Below are positions 8,440 to 15,538 of a DNA stretch of 39,966 bases, piece by piece. The stretch comes from Chthoniobacterales bacterium (GTDB lineage: Bacteria; Verrucomicrobiota; Verrucomicrobiia; Chthoniobacterales; JACTMZ01). The stretch's first letter is position 1; every line of letters starts with the position of its first letter. Location of the stretch: the NCBI GenBank assembly GCA_017853515.1, contig JAFMJK010000001.1, positions 1 through 39,966 of the forward strand, in the 5' to 3' direction. The notes under the pieces were generated by a model. It was not told where the DNA came from and did no database searches. It worked only from the letters and a program-made list of their open reading frames with translations. Made by a program: the position numbers and the translations under genes.

Positions 8440-8702
8440 TGGCGCGATTTAGCGATCGCCCCAAGCGCATTTCCCGGCGCTCCGAGCGCGAAAAGTTCGA
8501 CCGTCTCGTCATGCCCGCGGCGTTCATGTGCTTTCCTGCCGGCGTGGCCTTGCTTTTCGGTGCGGGCTTGGCCTATCTCGTCTACGGTGCCGTGGCCGTC
8601 GAGATGCTTGTCCTCGGCGCGGCGATTTTTGCCATCCCGGGTGTTTTGCAAATTTACCGTTTCGTCCGCGGACACTTCAGCAACCGACTCGACGAGCCAT
8701 GA
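8439..8702 (+). CDS. hypothetical small membrane protein (2 predicted TM helices)
   Basis: 87 aa. The ATG overlaps the upstream stop (TGATG at 8437-8441). Basic N-terminus followed by two hydrophobic helices. No family recognised. Confidence 0.5.
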   Translation: MARFSDRPKRISRRSEREKFDRLVMPAAFMCFPAGVALLFGAGLAYLVYGAVAVEMLVLGAAIFAIPGVLQIYRFVRGHFSNRLDEP

Positions 8703-8827
8703 ATGCTGGCGGGAGCGAATGTAAACGCTGGCAGGCGGCCCGGATCACCGTCTGGTTTGCCATCCTTGGCGCCACCTTCGGCTTCTGGGCCGGCGCCGGC
8801 GCGCTCGTTCTCCGCTGGTTGCGCTGA
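8699..8827 (+). CDS. hypothetical 42-aa single-TM peptide
   Basis: ATGA overlap with the preceding stop (8699-8702). Sequence MNAGGSECKRWQAARITVWFAILGATFGFWAGAGALVLRWLR. This is the in-frame 3' part of track ORF 8528..8827. Called only from the translational coupling and hydrophobicity. Confidence 0.35.
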   Translation: MNAGGSECKRWQAARITVWFAILGATFGFWAGAGALVLRWLR

Positions 8828-8846
8828 CCGGGCGAGGGGATTTGCA

Positions 8847-8874
8847 TTGCATCCGGGCGCCGGGCCGCTATTGT
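8847..8874 (+). promoter_or_regulatory. possible sigma70-type promoter for the small basic protein gene
   Basis: TTGCAT (8847-8852), 16-nt spacer, TATTGT (8869-8874). This would place the transcription start only a few nt before the ATG at 8885 (near-leaderless). No Shine-Dalgarno sequence is visible. Confidence 0.3.
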
Positions 8875-8884
8875 CGCGCGTCTT

Positions 8885-9040
8885 ATGAGTCAGCACAGAA
8901 GTCTCCGCGGTCAAGGCGCGATCAAAGCCAAGCGCAACGTGCTCAAGCGTTTCGAGCGCGTCGAGGTGCTCAAAAAGCGCGGGCAATTCAAAGAGGGCCA
9001 AAGCGTGATCGGCCTGAAAAAAACCAAGCCGGACGAGTGA
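8885..9040 (+). CDS. small basic protein (51 aa), absent from the ORF track
   Basis: Hand translation: MSQHRSLRGQGAIKAKRNVLKRFERVEVLKKRGQFKEGQSVIGLKKTKPDE, with 15 of 51 residues Lys/Arg. It resembles the conserved 'small basic protein' family of Verrucomicrobia/Planctomycetes/Leptospira (recalled from memory, unverified). It is flanked by a promoter-like and a terminator-like element. Confidence 0.6.
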   Translation: MSQHRSLRGQGAIKAKRNVLKRFERVEVLKKRGQFKEGQSVIGLKKTKPDE

Positions 9041-9071
9041 TCGGCGCGAACGGCGATAAATTTTCCCACCG

Positions 9072-9095
9072 CAGGCGGCTCCGGCCGCCTGTTTT
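9072..9095 (+). terminator. intrinsic terminator-like hairpin after the small basic protein gene
   Basis: Stem CAGGCGGC / GCCGCCTG with loop TCCG, followed by TTTT. It ends 4 nt before the ATG at 9099. Confidence 0.5.
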
Positions 9096-9098
9096 GCT

Positions 9099-9809
9099 AT
9101 GAGCGGATCCATGCGCCTCAACCGGTATCTCGCGCTCTGCGGGCTCGGATCGCGCCGCGCGTGCGAGGAAATCATCCTCGGCGGCGGCGTGCGCATCAAC
9201 GGACGCGCCATCCGCGAACTGGCCAGCGTTGTCCGGCCTGGGGATACGGTCGTGGCCCGCGGACGGGTGGTCCGTCCCGCCCGCTCGCGTCATGTCCTGC
9301 TGCACAAACCACCGGGCGTTATTTCCTCGCGGCAATCGCAGGGCGGCAAAGCCACGCTTTACGATCTGCTCCCGCGCGACATGGCGAATCTTCCGCATGT
9401 CGGCCGGCTCGACGCGGAGAGCGAGGGGCTGCTTCTTTTGTCCAACGACGGCGATCTGGCCCAGGCCGTCACGCATCCTTCGCGCCACGTGGAGAAAGAA
9501 TACGAGGTGATCCTCAAGCAATCGTTCGATCCGGAGAAGACACCGAAGTTGCTCAAAGGCGTCTATCTCGAGGAAGGCCGGGCCAAGGCCGCGCACGTGC
9601 AGATCGAAGCGCCGAACAAATTGCGCGTTGTGCTCACGCAGGGCATGAACCGGCAGATCCGGCGCATGTTCGCCGCGCTCGGCTACGATGTGAAACGGCT
9701 CACCCGCACGCGGCTGGGTCCGATCAAACTCGGCCGCCTGCCGCGCGGCGCCTGGCGGGAGTTGTCCGCCAAGGAAGTCGATGCTTTGCGGAAGGCGGCC
9801 GGCAGATAA
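9099..9809 (+). CDS. RsuA/RluB-family rRNA pseudouridine synthase (S4 domain plus PseudoU_synth_2)
   Basis: S4 domain MRLNRYLALCGLGSRRACEEIILGGGVRINGR. Catalytic region VGRLDAESEGLLLLSNDG, and NRQIRRMF. A second in-frame ATG at 9111 is also plausible. Confidence 0.85.
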   Translation: MSGSMRLNRYLALCGLGSRRACEEIILGGGVRINGRAIRELASVVRPGDTVVARGRVVRPARSRHVLLHKPPGVISSRQSQGGKATLYDLLPRDMANLPHVGRLDAESEGLLLLSNDGDLAQAVTHPSRHVEKEYEVILKQSFDPEKTPKLLKGVYLEEGRAKAAHVQIEAPNKLRVVLTQGMNRQIRRMFAALGYDVKRLTRTRLGPIKLGRLPRGAWRELSAKEVDALRKAAGR

Positions 9810-9838
9810 GTGGATCGCTCCGTCCGGGTGCGATCTCG
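9810..9838 (+). repeat. degenerate module-A copy of the 67-nt TIR repeat family
   Basis: GTGGATCGCTCCGTCCGGGTGCGATCTC compared with the consensus GGTGGATCGCGCCGTCCCGGCGCGATATC. Confidence 0.5.
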
Positions 9839-9893
9839 CTCCGGGCAATGGCGATGAAATAATCCCCAAAAAGTTTTCAGACTTGGATCATGC

Positions 9894-9960
9894 GGTGGAT
9901 CGCGATGTCCCCATCGCGATTGGCTGACTGAAGTATCGCGCCGGGACGGCGCGACCCACC
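9894..9960 (-). repeat. full 67-nt TIR repeat element (inverted orientation)
   Basis: Its reverse complement is GGTGGGTCGCGCCGTCCCGGCGCGATACTTCAGTCAGCCAATCGCGATGGGGACATCGCGATCCACC. This is near-identical in length and sequence to 33197-33263. Confidence 0.85.
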
Positions 9961-9987
9961 TTGCCAGACGTCCAGAACCTTTTGGTC

Positions 9988-10014
9988 CTTGGGATCGGGA
10001 CATCGCGATCCACC
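9988..10014 (+). repeat. partial module-B copy of the 67-nt TIR repeat family
   Basis: CCTTGGGATCGGGACATCGCGATCCACC compared with the module-B consensus CCATCGCGATGGGGACATCGCGATCCACC. Confidence 0.6.
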
Positions 10015-10059
10015 TTTGTTCTCGCCTCCAATTCTCCTGTCGGCGAGAAATTGAGCGCT

Positions 10060-10449
10060 ATGCGCACTTGCCTCACCTCCGTTCCGAACGGGCCGTCTTC
10101 GATCGGTCCTTACTCCCTCGCCGTCGCGGCCGAGGGGAAATTCCTTTTCGTCTCCGGCATGGTCCCGATGGATCCGGCCACGGGCAAGATGAGCGACGGC
10201 CCGGTCGGCGAGCAGACCCGCATCGTGCTGACCAACATGCGCAAGGTGGTCGAAGCCGCCGGTGCGAAGTTGACCGACGTGGTGAGCTGCCGCGTCTTTC
10301 TCGCCCAGCTTACCGAGAAAAATTTCGCCGAGATGAACGCGGTCTACAAAGAATTCTTCGAGGGTGATTTTCCGGCCCGCACCACGGTGGGCGCCCAGCT
10401 GATGAACATGCTGGTGGAAATCGAGTGCGTGGTGCGCTTGCCCGCCTGA
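10060..10449 (+). CDS. ridA: RidA/YjgF/TdcF-family reactive intermediate deaminase
   Basis: ATG at 10060 (MRTCLTS). Motifs IGPYS.A, LFVSG..P.DP.TG, T.Q...N....EAAG and PARTTVGA..L......EIE. The track's longer N-terminus runs through repeat DNA. Confidence 0.85.
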   Translation: MRTCLTSVPNGPSSIGPYSLAVAAEGKFLFVSGMVPMDPATGKMSDGPVGEQTRIVLTNMRKVVEAAGAKLTDVVSCRVFLAQLTEKNFAEMNAVYKEFFEGDFPARTTVGAQLMNMLVEIECVVRLPA

Positions 10450-10486
10450 CGCGTGACGCCGCGCGTTCCGCGGCTTATCTTCCGCC

Positions 10487-11530
10487 ATGCTCGCCCGCCG
10501 ATCCAAGCGCGCCATTCTCGCTTTTCTCGGTTTGTCCCTGCTGGTCGGCGTGCTTCTCGCCTCGGTCTCGCGCTACTTCGAGGGCGTCGAAACCCGGCGG
10601 CGTCTGCAGGACGAGAAAGCCTCGCTCAAACAGCGGGAGGATTTCGTTTTCACCGTCGAGCCGCGCACGGTCGAGCGGGAGCGGCGCTATGCCGTGGCTG
10701 TCGATCCCTGGATGGTCTCCGATGTTCCCGCCGAGGTGGCCGGCCGCGTCTCCGCGACCAAAGTCGAGCCCGGTTCGCGCGTGAGAAAAGGCGACCCGCT
10801 GGTCCTGCTCGACGACGAGATTGCCGCGAGCGACTTGCGCCGGGCCGAGGCCCAGCTGGCCGAGTTGCAGCGTCTGCTCGCCGAGGCGGAGACTCTGGGA
10901 CGCAGCAAGGTGGTGTCGCGCACGCAGGTCGAGGCGGTTCGCTCGGAAGCCCGCGTGGCCGATGCGGCGGAAGATTCCGCGCGCGCGCGTTTCGAGGATC
11001 ACACCATCCGTGCGCCCTACGACGGGGATATCGTCGAGCGCTTTGTCCAGGTCGGCGAGGCCGTCAATGTGAACCAGCGCGTGGTCCGCATGGTCGACAC
11101 CAGCCGTTTGCGCGTCGTTTTTTATGTCAACGAACGCGACATTGCATCCTTCGCGCCGGGCACGAAAATCCTGATCCGCCTTCCCGCGGTGCCGGGCCGG
11201 GTGCTGGAAGCGCCGGTCGTCCATGTGGCCCAGGCTTCGGACCAGGACACGCGGCTTTTCCGCGTCGAGGCCGCGCTGGCCAATCCCGACCTCGCCTTGC
11301 GCGGCGGTTTGACCGGCGAAGCGTCCGCCCGGGTCGGTTTCTACCGCGACCAGCTTTTCGTCCCGACCGCCTGCGTGCGGTTGGAGGGAGGCAAGGCTTA
11401 CGTTCTGCGCATCCCGCCGGGCGAGGGAGGCGGGCCGCGCCAGACCGAGGTGCGCATCGGCGAGGAACTCGAAGGGTTTTACCCCGTGCTCGAAGGGCTG
11501 TCCGCCGGCGATCGTCTCATCGTGCGTTAG
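10487..11530 (+). CDS. HlyD/RND-adaptor family membrane fusion protein (periplasmic adaptor)
   Basis: N-terminal TM anchor, lipoyl-like hairpin (V.A.V.G.V....V..G..V.KGD.L..LDD), coiled-coil segment, IRAPYDG.I, then beta-barrel/MPD-like regions. No pump or ABC partner lies adjacent. Confidence 0.8.
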   Translation: MLARRSKRAILAFLGLSLLVGVLLASVSRYFEGVETRRRLQDEKASLKQREDFVFTVEPRTVERERRYAVAVDPWMVSDVPAEVAGRVSATKVEPGSRVRKGDPLVLLDDEIAASDLRRAEAQLAELQRLLAEAETLGRSKVVSRTQVEAVRSEARVADAAEDSARARFEDHTIRAPYDGDIVERFVQVGEAVNVNQRVVRMVDTSRLRVVFYVNERDIASFAPGTKILIRLPAVPGRVLEAPVVHVAQASDQDTRLFRVEAALANPDLALRGGLTGEASARVGFYRDQLFVPTACVRLEGGKAYVLRIPPGEGGGPRQTEVRIGEELEGFYPVLEGLSAGDRLIVR

Positions 11531-11581
11531 AACGCGCATTGACGCGGCAGATCCCGCATGGCATCACATTCTTCTGTTTTC

Positions 11582-11653
11582 GCGCGATTAGCTCAGTGGT
11601 AGAGCGCTTGCTTCACACGCAAGAAGTCGCAGGTTCGAACCCTGCATCGCGCA
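11582..11653 (+). tRNA. tRNA-Val (anticodon CAC)
   Basis: Folded by hand. Acceptor GCGCGAT/ATCGCGC, D arm GCTC-AGTGGTA-GAGC, anticodon arm CTTGC-TTCACAC-GCAAG (U33-CAC-A37), variable loop AAGTC, T arm GCAGG-TTCGAAC-CCTGC, discriminator A. CCA is not encoded. Confidence 0.9.
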
Positions 11654-11657
11654 TGTC

Positions 11658-11686
11658 TTGACACCTCGGGGGCTCTTCAGTAGGGT
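11658..11686 (+). promoter_or_regulatory. possible sigma70-type promoter in the tRNA-Val/nusA spacer
   Basis: TTGACA (11658-11663), 17-nt spacer, TAGGGT (11681-11686). Confidence 0.3.
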
Positions 11687-11707
11687 TTCGGTCAACCTTT
11701 TCTGACG

Positions 11708-11735
11708 AAAAGTGGGTTTCGGCCCACTTTTTTTT
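11708..11735 (+). terminator. Rho-independent terminator/attenuator between tRNA-Val and nusA
   Basis: Stem AAAAGTGGG / CCCACTTTT with loop TTTCGG, followed by a run of 8 T (11728-11735). It lies 21 nt upstream of the nusA ATG. Confidence 0.7.
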
Positions 11736-11756
11736 ATCCTCAAAAGAGACACGACC

Positions 11757-13076
11757 ATGAGCAACGAACTCCTGACCATGCTGGAATACCTGGAGCGCGA
11801 ACGCGGGATTTCGCGCGAGACCCTCTTGCAAGCGATGCAAGAAGCCATCATCAAAGCCGCAGGCAAAGGCTTCGGCGGCTACACCCGCGAACTGCGCGTC
11901 GAGATCAGCCCCAAGACGGGCAAGATCCACGGCGTGGCCAATGTCCTTGTCGTCGACAAGGTGACCAATCCCCAGGAGGAAATGCTCCTCGCGCGCGCCC
12001 AAGTGCAGAAGCCGGGTATCAAGGTGGGCGACACCATCGAGGTGGAAGTCGAGCCCGCCGCGTTCGGCCGCATCGCCGCCGGCGTGGCCCGCAACGCCAT
12101 CATGTCGAGCATCCGCCGCGTTGAGAAAGAGCGGATCTACGAGGAGTTCAAGGATCGCGCCGGTGACATCGTCAGCGGCACCGTCCGCCGCTTCGTCAAG
12201 AGCGACGTCATTTTCGACCTCGGCAAGTTCGAGGCTGTCATGCCCTCGCGCGAACGCGTCGTCACCGAGGATTACAGCGTGGGCGACCGCCTGCGCGCCT
12301 ATGTCGTGGCGGTGGAAAACGGCAAGGACGGCCCGCAGATCATCCTTTCGCGCAGCCATCCGAATTTCGTGCGCAAACTCTTCCAGTTGGAAGTCAGCGA
12401 GATCGCCGACGGAACCGTGCAACTCAAAGGCATCGCCCGCGAGGCCGGCGTGCGCACCAAGGTTGCCGTGGCCAGCGCGGACGCCAAAGTCGATCCGGTC
12501 GGCGCCTGCGTCGGCATGCGCGGCGCGCGCGTGAAGAATATCGTCCGCGAACTCAACAACGAGAAGGTCGACATCATCAAGTGGAGCGACGATCCGAAAG
12601 AATTCGTCGTCGAGGCCCTCAAGCCGGCCAAGATCAAATCGATCGAAATCAACGAAGCAGACAAGCGCGTCAAGGTGACGGTCGACGAGGACCAGCTCTC
12701 CATCGCCATCGGCAAAAAAGGACAGAACGCGCGCCTCACGGCCAAACTCACCGGCTGGGAAGTGGACATCGAGAAGGATGCATCGAAGGAGCAGGCCTTC
12801 GAAAACCAGGTGTCCAGCGCCACGGAAGCTTTCAAGACGCAGCTCGGAATCGACGAGGAGACCGCCGCCAAGCTCGTGCAGAACGGCATTCCCAGCCCGG
12901 CCGATCTCGTGGCGGGCGGTGTCGAAGCAGGCGACCTCGTGGACATGCTCGGCATCGATGAAGCCAAGGCCAACGAGATCCTCGAGCGTGCCCGCGGCCT
13001 CGAAGGCAAGAAGCCCGAAGCTGCGCCGGTTGCCGCCGCTCCGGCCGAAGAAGTTCCCGCCGAAACGACCGCCTGA
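11757..13076 (+). CDS. nusA: transcription termination/antitermination factor NusA
   Basis: ATG at 11757 (MSNELLTMLEYLERERGISRE). S1 and two KH domains are present (GACVGMRGARVKNIVRELNNEKVDII, LSIAIGKKGQNARLTAKLTGW). The C-terminus is acidic and Ala/Pro-rich. Confidence 0.95.
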   Translation: MSNELLTMLEYLERERGISRETLLQAMQEAIIKAAGKGFGGYTRELRVEISPKTGKIHGVANVLVVDKVTNPQEEMLLARAQVQKPGIKVGDTIEVEVEPAAFGRIAAGVARNAIMSSIRRVEKERIYEEFKDRAGDIVSGTVRRFVKSDVIFDLGKFEAVMPSRERVVTEDYSVGDRLRAYVVAVENGKDGPQIILSRSHPNFVRKLFQLEVSEIADGTVQLKGIAREAGVRTKVAVASADAKVDPVGACVGMRGARVKNIVRELNNEKVDIIKWSDDPKEFVVEALKPAKIKSIEINEADKRVKVTVDEDQLSIAIGKKGQNARLTAKLTGWEVDIEKDASKEQAFENQVSSATEAFKTQLGIDEETAAKLVQNGIPSPADLVAGGVEAGDLVDMLGIDEAKANEILERARGLEGKKPEAAPVAAAPAEEVPAETTA

Positions 13077-13090
13077 CCATCCGCCACCGA

Positions 13091-15130
13091 ATGCCCGCCA
13101 AAGCGCCAGCGACAAAAAAGCCCGCCGCGAAAAAACCCGCGTCGAAGCCCGCGTCCGCAGCAGCCAAACCGGCAGCCGCGGGCAAGCAGGCTGCCGAGGC
13201 GAAACCCGCCAAGCCGAAGCCCGCGCCCAAGGCGCCCGTCGAGGTCGTCTCGCTCATCGACGAAAAACCGAAGAAGAAGGCGATCGTGGCCGACGCGGTG
13301 CCCGAGGTTGCTCCCGCCGCCGAGCTGGAGGTGACCGAGGACGGCAAGAAAATCATCAACATCAAGCCGCCCATCGTGGTCAAAGATCTCGCCGCGGCCA
13401 TCGGGCTGAAGCCCTTTGTCGTGATCAAGGATCTGATGGAGGCGAATATCTTCGCCAATCTCAACCAGATCATCGAGCCGGCCGTGGCCGCGTTGGTCTG
13501 CGAGAAACACGGGTTTGTTTTCGAGAAGGAGAAACGCCAAGCCGGCGCCGGCGTGCACAAAGCCGAGCCCGTGGTCGCGCCGCCCTCCGAGCCCGAGGTC
13601 GAAGTGGCCAAGGAGGAACTCGAAGCGCGTCCGCCGGTCATCACGTTCATGGGCCACGTCGACCACGGCAAAACCTCGCTCATGGACTTCATCCGCAAGG
13701 AGCGGGTCGCCGCAGGGGAGGCGGGGGGCATCACGCAGCATATCGGCGCTTATTCCGTCGAGCACGGCGGGCACAAAATCACTTTTCTCGACACGCCCGG
13801 CCACGCGGCTTTCACCGCGATGCGCGCGCGCGGTGCGAACGTCACCGACATCGTTGTCCTCGTGGTGGCCGCCGACGACGGCATCATGCCGCAGACCGAG
13901 GAGGCCATCAGCCACGCCAAAGCCGCCGGAGTGACCATCATTGTCGCGGTCAACAAGACCGATTTGCCCAGCGCGAATGTGGATCGCGTGAAGCAGCAGC
14001 TTCAAGAGCACGATCTCTCGCCGGAAGACTGGGGCGGCTCGACCATCGTTTGCCCGGTCTCCGCGACCAAGGGCACCGGCGTCGATCACTTGCTCGAAAT
14101 GATGGCCCTGCAGGCCGAAGTGCTCGAGCTCAAGGCCAGCCCGAAGGTTCCCGCCCGCGCCACCATCATCGAAGCCGAGATGGAGCCCGGTCGCGGTCCG
14201 ACCGCCACGGTCATCGTGAAGATGGGCACGCTCAAGGTCGGGCAGGCCTTCCTCTGCGGTTTGCAGTGGGGAAAAATCAAATCCCTGATCAATGATCACG
14301 GCAAACCGGTCAAAGAAGTCGGCCCGGGCATGCCGGTGAAAGTCCTCGGATTCGACGGGCTGCCCAAGGCGGGGGACGAGCTCATGGTCATGGATTCCGA
14401 GCGCGCGGCCCGCACCCTGAGCGAGGAGCGCCAGGAAGAGCAGCGCGCGGAAAAGTTGGCCGCCCCGCAGCGCGCCACGCTGGAGAGCCTTTTCGACAAC
14501 CTGGCCGCCGACCAGCGCAAGGTTCTGCGCGTCGTGCTCAAGGCCGATGTGCAGGGATCGCTCGAGGCGCTCGTGCAGGCTCTCGGCGATATCAACGCCA
14601 AGCAGATCGACCTCGATGTCATCCACGCGGCCGTCGGGCCGATCAGCGAGTCGGATATCCTTCTCGCCACCGCGTCCGACGCCATTGTCGTCGGGTTCGG
14701 CGTCAAGACGGAGAACAGCGCGGCCACCGCGGCCAAGCGCGAGGGCGTTCAGATCAAGCTCTACTCGATCATTTACGAACTCATCGACCAGATCAAAGAA
14801 GCCATGGCCGGCATGCTCGAACCGGAGCTGCGCGAAAATGTCATCGGTCACGCCGAGGTCCGCCAGGTCTTCGATCTGACCAAGGGCATGGTGGCCGGCT
14901 GCATGGTGACCGACGGTCGCATCGCCCGCACCGCGCGCGCCCGTGTGCTGCGCCGCAAGCAACCGATCTACGACGGCGGCATTTCGACGTTGCGGCGTTT
15001 CAAGGACGACGTGAAGGAAGTCCGCAACGGTTTCGAGTGCGGCATCAAGCTCGGCGATTACGACGAATACGAAGAGGGCGACATCATCGAGTGCTACACG
15101 CTCGAGAAAGTCGCCCAGAAACTCGAGTAA
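13091..15130 (+). CDS. infB: translation initiation factor IF-2
   Basis: 679 aa. Lys/Ala/Pro-rich N-terminus. GTPase motifs [15 protein letters not shown] and NKTD. The C-terminal domains are typical of IF-2. Confidence 0.95.
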   Translation: MPAKAPATKKPAAKKPASKPASAAAKPAAAGKQAAEAKPAKPKPAPKAPVEVVSLIDEKPKKKAIVADAVPEVAPAAELEVTEDGKKIINIKPPIVVKDLAAAIGLKPFVVIKDLMEANIFANLNQIIEPAVAALVCEKHGFVFEKEKRQAGAGVHKAEPVVAPPSEPEVEVAKEELEARPPVITFMGHVDHGKTSLMDFIRKERVAAGEAGGITQHIGAYSVEHGGHKITFLDTPGHAAFTAMRARGANVTDIVVLVVAADDGIMPQTEEAISHAKAAGVTIIVAVNKTDLPSANVDRVKQQLQEHDLSPEDWGGSTIVCPVSATKGTGVDHLLEMMALQAEVLELKASPKVPARATIIEAEMEPGRGPTATVIVKMGTLKVGQAFLCGLQWGKIKSLINDHGKPVKEVGPGMPVKVLGFDGLPKAGDELMVMDSERAARTLSEERQEEQRAEKLAAPQRATLESLFDNLAADQRKVLRVVLKADVQGSLEALVQALGDINAKQIDLDVIHAAVGPISESDILLATASDAIVVGFGVKTENSAATAAKREGVQIKLYSIIYELIDQIKEAMAGMLEPELRENVIGHAEVRQVFDLTKGMVAGCMVTDGRIARTARARVLRRKQPIYDGGISTLRRFKDDVKEVRNGFECGIKLGDYDEYEEGDIIECYTLEKVAQKLE

Positions 15131-15143
15131 GGGCGGGGACCTG

Positions 15144-15175
15144 TTCCCTCAACCCTCATCTCTCAACTCACAACT
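15144..15175. repeat. G-free tract that is the inverted copy of the TGAG-rich repeat
   Basis: 32 nt contain no G, located in the infB-rbfA spacer. The reverse complement of 15146-15169 is GAGTTGAGAGATGAGGGTTGAGGG, which shares the 12-mer GAGGGTTGAGGG and the 10-mer GAGTTGAGAG with 4497-4526. Confidence 0.7.
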
Positions 15176-15181
15176 GTTTCC

Positions 15182-15538
15182 ATGAAGCACCGCTTGGTCC
15201 GTGTCGCCGAGATCCTCAAACGCGAGTTGAGCACGGTGATTCTTCGCGAGGTGCCCTCCGACGGAGCTCTGATCACGGTCAACGCCGTCGACGTTTCGCC
15301 CGACCTGCGCAATGCCACGGTCCATGTCGGCGTCCTCGGCACCGCCGCGCAGCAGAGGGATGCGCTGGGCCGCCTCGAGCAGCACCGTGCCGTGCTCCAG
15401 GCCGAGTGCGCCAAACGGGTCGTGCTCAAGTTCACCCCGCATCTTCATTTCCAACTCGACGAGTCGATCGAACGCGGTTCACGCGTGCTCGATATTCTCG
15501 ACGAACTCGGCGTCGAGGGGGAGGACAACGCACGATGA
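15182..15538 (+). CDS. rbfA: 30S ribosome-binding factor RbfA
   Basis: 118 aa. RVAE.LKRELS.......D.....TV..V..S.DLR.A.V pattern, and the conserved position after infB. Confidence 0.9.
   Translation: MKHRLVRVAEILKRELSTVILREVPSDGALITVNAVDVSPDLRNATVHVGVLGTAAQQRDALGRLEQHRAVLQAECAKRVVLKFTPHLHFQLDESIERGSRVLDILDELGVEGEDNAR

Noticed and set aside
9810-10059. Possible CRISPR array, because of repeated palindromic units here and at 6498, 28824 and 33197
   Set aside because: The units are not in a regularly spaced direct array, occur in both orientations, are dispersed over 27 kb, and no cas genes or leader are present.
10453-11661. 402-aa plus-strand and 354-aa minus-strand ORFs overlapping the membrane-fusion protein gene and running into the tRNA
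   Set aside because: The 10487..11530 frame has clear HlyD-family architecture. The alternatives are Arg/Gly-rich, and one reads through the tRNA-Val gene.
12299-14962. 887-aa ORF (and the 500-aa ORF 11613..13115) antisense to nusA/infB
   Set aside because: Both are fully overlapped by the strongly supported nusA and infB frames. The composition is biased and no motifs were found.
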